The notes below the pieces were generated by a model. It ran no database searches and had not been told where the DNA came from. It saw nothing but the letters and a program-made list of their open reading frames with translations. Below are positions 15,375-29,500 of a DNA stretch of 64,000 bases, in pieces (position 1 is the stretch's first letter; every line of letters starts with the position of its first letter). A program made the translations under genes and the position numbers. The stretch lies in sequence record LR588166.1; one strand, written 5' to 3'.

Positions 15375-16593
15375 ATATTATTAAAATTGTTTTTGTATAA
15401 GTATACGTATTATTGTCGTATGTAGTTACTCGCCATGTTATGTCTTGCGTCTGTCCCACTGTTCCGGAATTTGACGAAAAAGTCCATGTTCTGTTAACTA
15501 CAACAGGATCGTTAGGTCTTACATAATTAACAGAGCCCTTTGAATTTGTTCTAGTTGTATTAGACCCTACAGGCAGAGGGTATGCAACTCCGTCAAATAC
15601 TATTTCTTCAGATACGATTGCTTGATAGCCGAATGTAAATATTGCAGATCCGGTTATACTAGCACCCTGTTGTACTTGGTTAGGACCAGAAATGTTCATA
15701 GTAGGAACTATTGCTGCACTATTTGTTAAATTATATAACAGTGCATAAGTAGGCGATATAACAGGATATATTGCACTAGAAATATGTTCTATTACTGTAA
15801 ATTGCAAATTTCCTTGAACTATAGTTTGTGTGTCAAATTCCGTAAATATTACATAAAATGATATAACAGATGGACTGTTTAACTTTGCTTGAACAGACAT
15901 CTGGACATTGTCTATTTTAAGTATAAAAACTGTTTGATATGTATTATTTAATTCATAGAACGTTTTAGTACATGGTTTGCTGTTAGTTGGTACGCTTGGT
16001 GCAGATATTCCGAAAAATACAACAGAATTTATATTTTCTAAAAGCTCCTTCATCTTTGTAGAAATAGTAGTGCTCGGCGAGGTCAACTGAGGCGTTATTC
16101 TTATTGCGCCACCTGTATTGAAAAATTGTCTTGCATGATTATTATCATTAAATGTGACAGTAAACTCTGAATATACAGATTGATCCCACGGAGCACTCGT
16201 TGGTCTACTAGATGTTAGTTTAGTAGTATAAGTCGGATTTGCTAATTTACCTCTATTAGTTTCTAATAAAGATAATGCATCGCCTAATGGTAATAATGTA
16301 CCGGGCGGTTGCATTACATCATAGTTATATGCAGCAATTGTGTTATTTGAAGATACAATTGCTGGCCAGGCAGCGCCTAGTAACGATGTGCCTTGATGTA
16401 ATGCAATAGTTTGCATAGTAGAAAACAGTGTATTCCAGTTAGATGCACTGATTATATTTCCTATAGCAACTTGTTGTACAGGAACAGTCTGACCGTATCC
16501 GTAACTACCCGTTCCTGTACCTAAAATATTTTGTATTTTAGAAGAAAATAGATTATAATCAGCAGCCTGTATTACCTGATTTCTTGCGTACAT
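15373..16593 (-). CDS. virion structural (tail/baseplate-associated) protein
   Basis: Beta-rich; GxGxGSYGYGQ N-terminal motif; last gene of the baseplate operon. Confidence 0.7.
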   Translation of the reverse strand: MYARNQVIQAADYNLFSSKIQNILGTGTGSYGYGQTVPVQQVAIGNIISASNWNTLFSTMQTIALHQGTSLLGAAWPAIVSSNNTIAAYNYDVMQPPGTLLPLGDALSLLETNRGKLANPTYTTKLTSSRPTSAPWDQSVYSEFTVTFNDNNHARQFFNTGGAIRITPQLTSPSTTISTKMKELLENINSVVFFGISAPSVPTNSKPCTKTFYELNNTYQTVFILKIDNVQMSVQAKLNSPSVISFYVIFTEFDTQTIVQGNLQFTVIEHISSAIYPVISPTYALLYNLTNSAAIVPTMNISGPNQVQQGASITGSAIFTFGYQAIVSEEIVFDGVAYPLPVGSNTTRTNSKGSVNYVRPNDPVVVNRTWTFSSNSGTVGQTQDITWRVTTYDNNTYTYTKTILII

Positions 16594-18029
16594 TATTTAG
16601 AGCCTATTGCACATAAAACCAATTCTACATCCGATGTTGATTTAGAACTAATAGCACGTCCTATAATACTATATACACCCATAGGACCTAACTGTTGCAA
16701 TTCTGACATTGTTATTCTGCGAGCAACGCCAGGAACATCACTAGCAACTAATCTATCGCCCTTAGATATGGGTCCTATTACTTTCACGGGTACTCTTCCT
16801 GCTAATGCGACAAACGGATGCGTGTCATCTGTCCCTGCGTCGGCATTCATCATTATGCCTGCACTTGTACTTATTACACCGAATACTTCTGTATCTGCAT
16901 CGAGTGTTGTCATTGTTATTTCTTTAGAACCACCCAATTTAACTACAGTTCCTGTATCTAATTCTCCATCAGCTTCATATCTTTCTGCAAGATCTGCATA
17001 TTTACTTGATGTAGACGTGCCTATTAAATTAGTTCCATAAATATTTTGGAAAGGACTGGTTTGACTTCCTATAGAAGAAGTAGTTGTTCTAGCATTTATT
17101 TTAGATGTTGTTATTTCGTTTATGTATGATAGGCCAAATGCATTATTAACATCACCGATTGTGGTAGTATCAGGTACACCAGGAATTATCTTATCTCTTG
17201 CATATAATTCCATACCGTATATTTTAGAATATCTATTTGTATCTGAACCTAAAGTAAACGCATTAGTTGTGCTAGGTATTAAGTTAGTAATAACACCATA
17301 ACCTGGCTGCCCAGATCCGACCGATAAACTATTAGCATACATCCCGCTTGCATATATACCTGCAATTCTACTCGAAGCACTACCTAGAGTATCAGTTGTG
17401 TTTTTCATCCCAACTGCTGTATCACTAAGAGGTATAAAACCTAAAGTAATATTACCGTTTGATCTAGAAAATACAATTTCTTGTGTTGCAAGAAATCTTC
17501 TTGCATATATATCTGCAAATGTTAAACTTGCCGAACCTATAGAATACTGAGAATTTGTACTGGGTAGTACATTACCGCCTATAGTAGTAGAACCTAATTG
17601 AGTTGTTCCTGCAACTAAATTAGTTGTATTAACTGTACTGAAATAACCGACTCTGAATCTATTTGCGGCTGCGCCTAAATCTACTGTATTTGTTGCAGGA
17701 ATTATTGTAGAATCTACTGTACTTATTAATGATTTCCACGATGCATGATTTGGGTTTGCACTAGTGTTGTCTGTAGAATTGACAGGATCGTTTCCTATCC
17801 ACACTTTCATTACATTAGTTCTAGTATCAAACCAAAGTTGCCCTTTTATTGCACCCCGAGGAGATGTATTATTTGCAAAGTTTTCTAATGTTCTTATTGT
17901 AGACTGTGCTAAAGATTGTCCATATGCAGGTGTTATTCTACCAACTAAGCTAGTAGAATATACGTTAGATATAGTACCGTCAGGTATTGCTATTATATTT
18001 CCGTTTGACTTTGTAATTGTATATGACAT
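16593..18029 (-). CDS. tail fibre/spike with C-terminal Peptidase_G2-type intramolecular chaperone
   Basis: DLG....RF and SLGS....F fibre repeats; YADLAERYE...GVIS...VALAGRVPVKV. Confidence 0.75.
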   Translation of the reverse strand: MSYTITKSNGNIIAIPDGTISNVYSTSLVGRITPAYGQSLAQSTIRTLENFANNTSPRGAIKGQLWFDTRTNVMKVWIGNDPVNSTDNTSANPNHASWKSLISTVDSTIIPATNTVDLGAAANRFRVGYFSTVNTTNLVAGTTQLGSTTIGGNVLPSTNSQYSIGSASLTFADIYARRFLATQEIVFSRSNGNITLGFIPLSDTAVGMKNTTDTLGSASSRIAGIYASGMYANSLSVGSGQPGYGVITNLIPSTTNAFTLGSDTNRYSKIYGMELYARDKIIPGVPDTTTIGDVNNAFGLSYINEITTSKINARTTTSSIGSQTSPFQNIYGTNLIGTSTSSKYADLAERYEADGELDTGTVVKLGGSKEITMTTLDADTEVFGVISTSAGIMMNADAGTDDTHPFVALAGRVPVKVIGPISKGDRLVASDVPGVARRITMSELQQLGPMGVYSIIGRAISSKSTSDVELVLCAIGSK

Positions 18030-18031
18030 TA

Positions 18032-19777
18032 TTAACCTACCCTAATCCATACGTATGCACATTGCCACGGAGATTGGTTATTATGTTTTCCGTCGCCGCC
18101 GACAGAAGAAGTTAGAGGAGCTGTGGTAACGCTCTGGAATCCGTAACCGTCTTCGACCCTAGCAGATTGACCGCCGACTGAACCGAATCTACCCGATTGC
18201 GAAACGTTATTTCCGAAACCTTGTATATGCTGATGCGCTGGCATCTCTGCTACAGTAAGTTTATGGAAATAAGTTCCTCCTGTTGATCCGGCAGCATATC
18301 CACCCGAATCTCCATTTGCATCAGTAGTAGATCCGTTCCCGACTATAGATCTGCCCTGTGCATACGGATTCCAGACCCCGAATCCTAAATAAGTTGCTGG
18401 GTTTGCCGAATTAGTTGCGTTAATGTATACAGAACCTATAGGATATACTAATTCTCTAGTAGCTGCAATAGCAGTTAAAATTTTCTGATCTACTTGGTCT
18501 TGGGTATAAACGGTAGGAAGATTGCCAGTATGCCATATTCTTTGACCGTTTATATATAGTGCGCCGTCGTTTACGCCATCTGTATGCAGTCGAACATCGT
18601 AATCAGTAGAAGAGTTCGTGGCATGGTGAAAATCTAAATACCTAGCTATTTCTGTAACACCAGATGTACTAACAACAGGAATCTTGTTAGCCATATTTCC
18701 AGGAACACCGGGTGCTATAACATCGTGTGACGCTGCTGTGCCTAATCCAACTACAGTTGTGTTCATTGTAACGTTTGCAGTACCGTCTAATACTACTGAA
18801 CCTAAAACATTTCCAGTTAGTGTTAATGTTCTACCAAACGTCCATTTATCTGCAGAAGCTGCTCTGGTTGCATTAGTCGCACTTGATGCATTACCTACGA
18901 AATTTACAGAATACATGTTTCTATAGCGCCGAGCAGTAGAACCCAAGTCATACGTATTATCTATTACAGGCATCAAATGAGAATTTAAACCTTGATTTGT
19001 GCCAGTTCCTAATGTTAATAACGTCGTATTTACATCTTGGCCGAAGAATCTTGTTACTCTATATGAAGTACCACCTATAATCCATGTACCCCTACAGAAT
19101 AAATCGTTATTAGGTCCGTTTTCTAATGCTATAACAGAAGAACCATTAGTAAAAGTTATACCACCAGAATTAATCCATGCTTTCTTTGTATATAAATTAT
19201 CCCATTGTTTTGCAGACGAACCCAAACTAGATGATGTTATAAACTGACAAGGATTCGGCATAGTCGATTGGGTTTCGGGTAATATGTCGCCTTGAACTGA
19301 AGTATTTCCTACAACTGTAAGAGCAGTTCTGTTAGAACTAGATGTACATTTTCTTAAAGTTGCTTCTGTTCCGAAAAAGCCTACTGCATAGATATTTTTA
19401 AATCTAAGGGTAGGAGACCCTATATTAATTGTATTATCAACCTTTGGCAATAGATCTTGTATTAATGCTCCGCCAATAGGAGTCCACATTTCGTTAGATC
19501 TATCTGCACTAGTGTTATCGTTGGGAGATAGAGGGTCTGCTCCTTTCCATACTTTAAGTATTTCCTGCTGAGTATCATACCACAGTTGGCCCTTAATAGC
19601 CCCCCGAGGCGGAATTGTATTGGCAAAATTTTCTAAATGCCTAATTGTACTCTGTGCTATTTCTCCGCCATATGGTGATATGTCTTTACCTAGCAATGGC
19701 AAAGTATAATTCTCTAATATCGTTTGGTCTGCAACAGTAATAGGGGTGCCGTTACTTTTAGAAATATTATATGACAT
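18032..19777 (-). CDS. tail fibre / baseplate fibre protein with gp10/gp12-like C-terminus
   Basis: LDFH...DYDVRL; YPIGSVY..., GR..VG, LTVAEMPAHQH, HNN..P..W.R; N-terminus paralogous to 16593..18029. Confidence 0.75.
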   Translation of the reverse strand: MSYNISKSNGTPITVADQTILENYTLPLLGKDISPYGGEIAQSTIRHLENFANTIPPRGAIKGQLWYDTQQEILKVWKGADPLSPNDNTSADRSNEMWTPIGGALIQDLLPKVDNTINIGSPTLRFKNIYAVGFFGTEATLRKCTSSSNRTALTVVGNTSVQGDILPETQSTMPNPCQFITSSSLGSSAKQWDNLYTKKAWINSGGITFTNGSSVIALENGPNNDLFCRGTWIIGGTSYRVTRFFGQDVNTTLLTLGTGTNQGLNSHLMPVIDNTYDLGSTARRYRNMYSVNFVGNASSATNATRAASADKWTFGRTLTLTGNVLGSVVLDGTANVTMNTTVVGLGTAASHDVIAPGVPGNMANKIPVVSTSGVTEIARYLDFHHATNSSTDYDVRLHTDGVNDGALYINGQRIWHTGNLPTVYTQDQVDQKILTAIAATRELVYPIGSVYINATNSANPATYLGFGVWNPYAQGRSIVGNGSTTDANGDSGGYAAGSTGGTYFHKLTVAEMPAHQHIQGFGNNVSQSGRFGSVGGQSARVEDGYGFQSVTTAPLTSSVGGDGKHNNQSPWQCAYVWIRVG

Positions 19778-19780
19778 AAA

Positions 19781-20386
19781 TTACCCCATTTGCACTCTAA
19801 CAGTATATTGTATTTGTAATGCTCTATTAGATGATTTTTGTATAGGATGGAATATTACATGAGTAATCATTATTGCTTCACTTTGATCTAAATTTCCAGC
19901 TATACTAGGCGGACCTACATATAACGCAATTTCATCAAATACAGAACTATCTTTATTATCTTCTGCAAAACTGGGAGCTCTGTCTATAATTTGTTGTTGT
20001 AGTCCTGCTTCATCGTATGCAAGAGTAGTGGTTACTTTTAAATCTGAAAAGTTTGTACTTCCTAAAATAACTTCTATTTTATTTTGAAGTGTATTATCTA
20101 TTTCTTTTTTAAATGTTTCGTTATATAACGAATCGTCGGGATTGCGTATAATAGAAACATTGGGTTCCCTATAAATTATTTCACCCTCAGCAGTCACTCG
20201 AGTGCCACCGTTGCCGAAAGCCATATATCTTACGTGCCCGTTATCTTGTCCAGCCAATGCAGATACTATAGCAGCAGCCAAATTACCGAAATGAATTGCA
20301 TTCTTTTTGCTAAGAAGTATTTCACCCGTGTCTTTATCTACAATAGTAAGATGCCCAATAGCACGGATAGTTCCACTATCTTGCAT
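19781..20386 (-). CDS. baseplate-associated structural protein
   Basis: Position; MAFGNGG..EIALY..ITHVIFHPIQKS pattern. Confidence 0.65.
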   Translation of the reverse strand: MQDSGTIRAIGHLTIVDKDTGEILLSKKNAIHFGNLAAAIVSALAGQDNGHVRYMAFGNGGTRVTAEGEIIYREPNVSIIRNPDDSLYNETFKKEIDNTLQNKIEVILGSTNFSDLKVTTTLAYDEAGLQQQIIDRAPSFAEDNKDSSVFDEIALYVGPPSIAGNLDQSEAIMITHVIFHPIQKSSNRALQIQYTVRVQMG

Positions 20387-20387
20387 A

Positions 20388-20513
20388 TTAACCCCTTTTA
20401 TTTAATAATTCTTTATTTGTTTTCAGATCTACAATTTTAACGTGATCGAGGGCGTGACCGAGCACGTCCTCGTCTGGTTTTTTATTGTTACTGTTATCTT
20501 TCTTATCATCCAT
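20388..20513 (-). CDS. 41-aa small protein (not in ORF track)
   Basis: MDDKKDNSNNKKPDEDVLGHALDHVKIVDLKTNKELLNKRG; GATAAATA upstream; stop abuts the next start. Confidence 0.6.
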   Translation of the reverse strand: MDDKKDNSNNKKPDEDVLGHALDHVKIVDLKTNKELLNKRG

Positions 20514-20537
20514 ATCGATATTTATCTGTGTTTTAAA

Positions 20538-23500
20538 CTACGGAGTTAATCCACTTCCAGGTCTGTTTTGTAAGAATATAGCCCAGGGAGTTGTACTTAG
20601 AGCAAGTCCACCGTTATTATTTTCCCATATGTACTTACCTGTATCTTCTTGTTCTTGTTTATACGAACCGTCAAATACCCTAGTATATAGCGGCACAGTT
20701 GTATCTCCGTTTGTTCCGGTATATACAGATGTCCCTAATGATCCCCTAGTCAATCCATGTAATTTATTACCGCGTTTATATAAGAATTCTATACGTTCTG
20801 TTCCTATCCAAACTACACCGGGTTTACTACTAGACGGATCTACTATTGCAGATGCATCTACTAACTCTATAGATTTATCTGTAAGTTTTAATGGTTTAGC
20901 TAATCTAGTGCTATAATAATCAGAAATCCTAACATAGTGTGTTTCGCCCATTTCATCTAGGTGTACCCTAAAACTTAGTGGTTTGGCAGGATATTTGATT
21001 ACAACATTATCACCTTGCATTGTAACTGGATTTATGAAATTGTGTTGTTCATTGAATACAGCTACCCACGAATTATTAACAATATCGGTTACTTTTTGAA
21101 TGTTTGTTTCAGTCCAATCGATTCGTATAATATCGCCTGCGTTGAGAGTACCCTTATATACTACTAATAACTTAGCATTATCACCTGTTATATTTGTGAA
21201 TTCTATAGTGTAGTCTTTGTCTTTAGTTTTACTAATTCCATTTATATAAACTGTCTCTCCTACAAAATTACGTATACTAGTATCTACAGTGAAAAGTTTT
21301 GTATTTGTATACAACATTTCTTTACTCTTACGAGTATATAAATTATTAGACACACTGATCATTCTTTTGTTAGCAGCAACAAACATGTCTATTGTCTGCA
21401 ACTTATATTCAGATGTAGTAACAGAAGTTATGTTATATTTGTTCATTACATACGAAACATAATCATCTAACTTCATTATAGAATAAGATTGATATTTAAC
21501 TGTAATTACAGTTCCTGCACTCGGTGCAATTTCAAAATTAATAACAAGTTCAGGAGTAATTCCACTATTATCTACAACTACTGTATAGCCATACATTGCA
21601 ACTCCACTCGAATAAACACCCTGGACTCTGTTGGGGAGAATATTCATACCTGTATGTATCATAGTATCTACACCATTTGCAGTAATATCTACGAACTTGT
21701 ATGTAAGTTGTCCCGATGCCTGTGCAACTACTTCGTCAGGATTAGCAATAGTTGGCATATCTATAGGTAGTAGATACACACTATCTGCATTTTCTGGAGA
21801 ATCTATGCTTGGATCCCAAGCAAATGTATCCCATGTGTTTATATCTTTATTTTGTTTTGTATTTCTTAAATCTACAGTTATGTATCCTTGAGTATTATCC
21901 CTTACTACTGAATTAGTATCAAACCTATAATCGTTAGCTACAGTAGTTTGTGAAGTATAATTATCTTTATAGACTACTGATATAATATCACCTGTACTGA
22001 AACTAGTAGGATATGCAATGACTACGGTATTAATGCCGTTGTTATCTATATTAAACTTCAATTTGTCTTCAGTATTAGGATCTCCGTTTATAACTAACCC
22101 TATTATGTCCTGTAACACTATTTTTTCAGTTAATACTATTTTAACAAACGGATTCGAAGTATCTGTATTAGTAACAACATACTGAACTTCTGTAGTTTTC
22201 GCATTAGAATCTACAATAATAACCATATTCTCTGTAGGAGATACTAATGCTTGTTCTTCCGGGATTCCTTCTCTTACGTTAGTATCTTCAAAATATGCAC
22301 CATCTATTATAGGCTTACTAGTGTCACTGTTAAATGTATTAGTAACAGGATTAAAAGTAAACACTATTTCGTCACCTTCTACTGCGCCAGGAACTTCTAT
22401 AGATGTAAAATTAGAACCTTTTGTAGCAGTGTATTGTGTAGAAGATCCATTTAGTGTTACGCCAGTTATATCTACTACATATCGTATGACAAATGTTGTT
22501 TTTCCTTCCGATATAACTGTTGCACTTGTTTCAGTATAATTAGGAGTAATAACATACGTAGCAGTAGAGGCATCCCATGCATATTCGTCCCATTTTGTAC
22601 TATCCCACGGTCTGCTAAATATGTACTCAAAATCTTTAGCATCTATTACCTTACCTTCATAGTCACACCCATATTCGTCACCGAAACGTTCGTTGAATTG
22701 GAATAAAACATCTCTCTCGCCAGCTGAACTTTCGTATAGACGTTCAGTAAACGAACTGTATGGATATGAACCGTTTATGGGTGCGGCACTTAAAATATCC
22801 CGTTGCAGGTCAGTTTGATATAAGATATATCTTCCAGCGGCGCCAGAATATTGTAAGTATTCAGTCCATAATTGACGATTACCTTCTTGTATTGTGCCCG
22901 GTATACCCCAACGTAATTGACCCCACTTAGGAATACCCCAACCGCCTGCGATTTTACCAGCTGGATCTATTGCTAAATCAAATATAGGTTTAAGCACTTT
23001 ACCGGGTTGTCTAGCATTATATTCTAACCTCATTTCCTCTAACGGAGTTTGGGTGAATTCTGTACCAGAATATAATTTTATTTTAGATCCTATTTTAATA
23101 AGAGTATTCGATTTAAATGTTACTTGTAGATAGCCATTCTCGTTTATTTCTACATCATATTGCTCTTTAGTAATAGTTTTTCCATCTACCTTAATTTTCC
23201 AAACAGATTTTATATCAGTGTAGTTTACTATTATTACATCACCTGCATCAGGAGTAGAAGGAAGTATTATAAATGTTGCATTTAATATTGTAGTGAATGT
23301 GTAACCTTCTATTTCTTGCCCATTTATTGTTACAGATGTTATTCTAGAAATATCTTTATTAGCACCTAATTGATATTGAGAAATTCCATCTAATGCTATA
23401 AATTCATCATTAGGAGTATTTGCTATAAGAACTACTTGACCACCGGTACCGATAAATGTTTGGTCGCCTAAGTCTATATAATTCGGTTTAGTTATGTAAC

Positions 23501-26500
23501 CACATTGTACTCGATCGTATAACGAATTTATATCAAATAATCTAGGTACTTCTATCGGACGGAATGGTGCTTGTTCTCCCTCGTGGTCGTCTGGCCAATC
23601 GTATAATGAATCATAGTCATATGCTGTTCCGTTTGCGATATCCATAGGAACATTATATTTTACCCCTAAGTCTCTTATTTTTGTAGTATACGGTTTAATT
23701 TCTTTTATATAAGAAATAAAACTCTGTATAGGATCAGTTGTAACCGATTCTTGCTGAGTTAAACTTTCTCCTTCTTGATTAACTTTTATATAAGTAGTCT
23801 TGAATACCCAATCTAAGTTTTGTTGCTCAGATAAAATATAATTTATTAACGCAAAGAACACTAAGTTCCTCATTACTAAGTTTGCGTCTTTAAACACATT
23901 GTTATAAAGAGCAAATATTAGTTCTCGCAGTGCATTATCATTTGTATACGATCTAGATACTGTATAGATTGCAGGCAACAACTGAATAGCACTGTTCTGA
24001 CGTCCAATTAGCGTAAAATTTTGATTACTGTATTGATAAAGTGTAAATTCTTCAGGTCTTACTAATTTAACTATATCGCCGTCTTTTAGTTTTCCTACAA
24101 GTCCTGTTAATTCACCTACAGTAGACACTTGTTTTACAGGTGTTGTATTAAATTGATTAAATCCGTCAGCATACCAGTTTACATATCTCCAAAGAACAGA
24201 AGACGCTAATCCGTCAGCCCATGCAGGATTAAAATCTTTTATAGATATAGTAGACAGAAGACTGTTTGCATTTTGAACAAATACTTTTCTTGCTGCCATT
24301 CTATTATCTATCATAGATTGTCTAGGTCTTACTTTTATACCTAATTTACTAAATTCAGACAACGTAGGATCAGGAACTATATCTCCGTTTATGTTATATC
24401 CAACTAAACTATCTACTAATCTATTCCATAGATATGTAGGGATAACCGAAACTTCGTCGCCTTCCCTTAGTAGTTTCCATTCTGTATGTTTCTCGTTTAT
24501 ATTTTTAGTGTATCTATAATTAACCTGGAATACTGGTGTTTTTCCATTAATAGTTTTTGATACATTAGAAAATACAAACGAATTATTTCCTATAAACGAG
24601 AACCATTTATAACCCTGCGATTTAGGATTAGTTATAAGATTTTCTACACTAGTAGAAGTCATATTTCTACTTTTTATATTATTAGGTATTTCTTGTTTAC
24701 CTTTTACCCAATAATAATATATAGGTGTTGCTTGGCCAGCAGAATTAGTGTCATACCTGACAACATAATCTGTTAACGATTTCGGTGTGCCAGTGCCGTT
24801 GTATAAATCAGGCGTAAACGGACTTGAAACCCATTCGTAGACATTTATTACTGAACCTGGGAATAGTTTACCCCAATTATCTCTTCTATATTCTAGAATT
24901 TGTTCTTTGGTTTCAGATCCATCTAATTTTCCAGGTTGTTCATATTGTAAATACCTGCAAGTAGATGTATCCCACCATAATCTTCCCACTTCAGAATCTG
25001 TAAATGCTAATTCGTCGTCTATATTTGCAGAATTAGCCGAAACAGAATATGTAGTAGGATCTATTTCTGATTTATAGTGAATGTTTCTATCAGCAGTTCC
25101 CGGTATTAATCCTTTGACTGGATCGTAAACTGGTAGAAAATCTATAGTTTGTTTAGTGTCTTTATCATAGAAGTATGCATTTTCAAATAATTTACTATCT
25201 ACTAAATTTTGTCTAGAACGAATATTTGTTATAGTAGATCCGGAAACAACAGCAACAGCCCAGTCATTATCTGAATTTATACTATCAATCCATACTTTAC
25301 CCGATGTTACGTTAACAGATGCATTATTTTTAAATCTCACATTTTTAAAGAATAAAGGATTCTGTATAGGTACATTAGTTACTTGTTTACCTTCTTTATC
25401 AAATATTGCATCTATAACACCGTCCGAATCTACAGTATACGAATATACCATATTGTTTATAACACAATACGGATATAGCGCATTAGTAGCAGGTGTTAGA
25501 CCAGAGTATATAACAAATACACCCCAGTCGATACCTACTGACGAGGCATTACCTACCCAAATGTAACTAGTTAGACTCGGTTTAGAAACATCTTTTCTTT
25601 CCCACAATGTAAATATATTTTTAGGATATAGTATTTGATGAGTAACATCTTTAGTGTTTACATACCCAGCTGTAGGTATATTTCCGTCTAGCTGTTTTGT
25701 AGTAGGAACTAATCTATCATTATACTTAATCTCATTACCTACGATTACTGGCATTCTGCCATTAGGTTTAGATAGCCAACGCTCGTTGTCATCGCTATCT
25801 ATAGTAATAATCATGTCATATGGACTATCTTCGTCTATTTTATTTTTTATAATAGAAATTAACTTATCTATAGTTATGACAGTCTGGTTATAAATTATTG
25901 CTATCTTGGGAGGTTTTATATAACCGTATCCTGGTTCAGTTATAGTAACAGAATCAATTCTTCCATTTTTTAATACAACCTGTCCTGTTGCTCTAATTTC
26001 CTCTACAATATTATTATTAGGGCTATTTAATTGATTGCCTTGCAAATATGCATCTACATTAGGATCCAAGCCAGCATTAGCTTCTTCAGGCGTAGCAAAT
26101 ACTATTATAGGTGTAGTAGTATAAATCATTTCCGAACTTAATACTCTAACTTCAGAAACTTTACCTGTTCCGTATGATACAGGGTATGATAATTCTACTA
26201 TTTGCGGATCGCTTTTTACTAAATCGCCGTCAATTAATACTTCTAATTGTGCATTACTATTAGTAGCACCAAAATCTGCTAGCTTAAATGCAAATTCCTC
26301 ATAAATCTGAATATTTTCATTACTTTTAATAAATTCAGATCGTAAGAGTTTATCTACAGACTGCTTTGTACCTTTCTGAGAAATCATGCCTTTATAGAAT
26401 AGATATTGCTGATCGCCTGTAATACGTAGATTGTTTAAATACTCTCTATCTTGGAATCCTATTAAATGTCTAGCAGTTTGTTCTATTATAGGATTATCTA

Positions 26501-29500
26501 ATGTATTTTCAGTATCGTAATAATGCCATATTGAATCAGTTAAATTCTCAAAGTTTTGTAATAGATTATCATCTTGTATTAAATAACCATCCGCCTCAAA
26601 TTTACCGTACCAATCGTTTGTGCGAATGCCGCGTAACTGAAGTCTTTTTTGTCTAGAGTATAGTAACGGATCGTATATAGTATCGTTAAATATAGTTTTG
26701 TTATCAAAAAGTATAGCGTGTTCTGTATCGCTTGTAGAAACACGGAATAAATATATTCCAATTTGATCGCTTTCGTGAGATACAGAGATAGTTCTTCTGT
26801 CCCTGTCTATAATAGTATCATTAGGCGATATAGCATATCCATTTTGATCTAATATACTATAAACACCATTTGATATTCTTTCTACCTTCTCAGGATAACC
26901 TTCGTTTACTTCTAATGTAATTTTAGAAGCACCCGGGGCGACGAATAAAGTGTTATTTGGTGCCCATTGAGTAGTTGCCCAGAATAAGAATCCCTTAGCA
27001 GAAGTAACCCAATTTAATACTTCTCCTGTAGTTTGGTCTATTTCATTAAATTTCCATCCGTTTAATTCTAAATACTGACCATACCCTATCAGGAAATCAA
27101 ATACATCCTGAGGAGTATCTAATTCACTTCCGTATTCTATTTCGTAGAATTCGCTATAATCTCCTTCATTAATATAGTTTACTGTTATACCGCCAGTTGC
27201 AGGAAGTGATTTTAGACGCATCCAGTTATCTTGATTAAATTTTCCCTGTGATGCAATAACAACGCATTGGTAGTAGACTCCATTGTACCGAACTACATCT
27301 CCATAGTTGTACTGAACATTAGTGTCATAAATTGTGAAATTAGAAGTTGTTCCGCCTACATTTATTGTAGTTCCAGATACTAATGTACTTCTAGGAACAA
27401 CTTTAAATACAGGATTTAATACATCATATCCTCTTACTTCAAATTTTCCATATTCGTTTACACGTATTGCAACACCGCTGAATACGTATTCAGTTATAGG
27501 TTTGCCGGTGTATACTCTTACATGTATATTTTCGTTAGGTAACAACATGCTAGAATTAGTAGAGCCGCCAGATATACTATCAGCATATACGTTCAATGTA
27601 TCTACATTGGTATATCCTGCAAGTCTATGTGCTAAACAAACATCTAACGAACGTATCTTACTACCGAAATTGTATGTAATATCTTGTTTACCCATGAAGG
27701 ACAATCTATCAAATACATATTGTTGATATCCAGAGTTTAACACTATATTTCCATTTACTACTTCGCCGTGGGCATATGTGTTACTATTAGCAATTCTGGT
27801 ATATGTAGAACTTGATATATACTGCTTCGCGTTTATGGGTGCTCTTGTATCGTCAAGTGGATTCCAGTATCTTTCTCCGAAATCTGCAGGTTTCATTAAA
27901 TATAACAATTCTAACTGAACAAATGGCCATTCCGAATTGGTATACCATGCTTCTTCTACAGGACTATTGTCCCCGAATATCCATTCGTCTTGAAGTGTTT
28001 CTATTTCTTGATTAGAAAGCTGCGGAACTATACCTAACTCCTCTGGTGTTTTTAAATCACCAGAAGTATCTGACGGTATTAGATTTGGAACTAATCCAGT
28101 TCTTTTATACTTTTCGTGGGTGCCTGCTCTATTGCCACGGCGAATTATACCGTTTTCAATATCAGTCCACATATCAGTATTTTGTGAAGTATAATCTCCA
28201 TTATATTCTTCATCCCACCAGGTCGGCTTTTCTACAAACCCTAACATTTCCCATGGTGTTTTATTAGGTGTTAGTGTGTTATAGTAGTATTTGTATAATC
28301 CGCGCCAGGATCCGATAGAATCGTTACTAACTGGACGATAATTCCAGGTTTTCCAGTTTAACGAATTAAATCCAGAATATAATTTATAATTAAGACTATT
28401 CTTTAAACACCATTTTAAGAAATAAGGTTTTACTATTTCATTATATTGTTGCAGAGTATACCCGTTTTCATAAAATTTTGTCGGTTTTACATCGTCTAAT
28501 TTAAGTAATAAATTGTAATCTAGTCTAAATTTGTCGGCAATATTGTTATATATTCTTGTTTCGAATTCTAATAATAGATCATCCCTAATATCGCCGTAGG
28601 TGGGTATTTTAGAACCATCATGACCTAAAATTACTTCTGTAGGAGTAACATAACTATTATCTACAATTATTTTAGGTTGATATACAGGATAACATCCTAT
28701 TTTAGAAGGTGTTGCAGGTATTTTTGCAGAAAGTATGTTATTGTATATACGAACAATATACGACGTATTCGAAGGTGTGCTAGACAGTTTAACAACTAAA
28801 TTATTATTAGAATACGATAGTGTATAGTCTTTATCTATTGTTAATGTATTGTAATCAACAGAAGTGCCAGTTCTTCTAAATACAAGAACAGAAGAATCCA
28901 TTTTATCTAATATGTTATTAGTCGGTACTAATAATGTATTTCCTACTGATGCGCTAGAGAAATTGTATTCATCGTATACATCACCCCATGCAGCCATATA
29001 TGATTGCGTGAAGGCACCATTGTATTCGAACGTACTAGTAACGCGATTTATCACATACGTAAACAATGCATCTATGTTTACTGGGTTTGTATTTTGATTT
29101 AAAGGCGCTGCTATTAATTCTTTTGCATATTTTATGAACTTATCTTTATATCTAGTATACTCGTCGCGTGCAAATCTTATAGCAGAATTTATATTTAATT
29201 CTTCGCTAGAAGATACAAGCATTGTTTTTAACAATGGACTTCTATTTTGTAGAATAAATGTACCTAAAGATTTGTCTTCAGCAGTATCTCTGTAATTATT
29301 ATTAGAACTATAAGGATCTCCTTTAAATCCTATTTGATTAGTCATTATACTAACAAAATGGTTTGTTAACTCGTTCGACGAGTATTCATTTACTTCTAAG
29401 TTGTTAGGGTTATTCTCTAATTGTTGTGGAATTTGATAATACCCTAGTGCGTTATCTGGTAAAGCTTCTTTAGAATAGGTGTATGTTTGAATAACATCGG

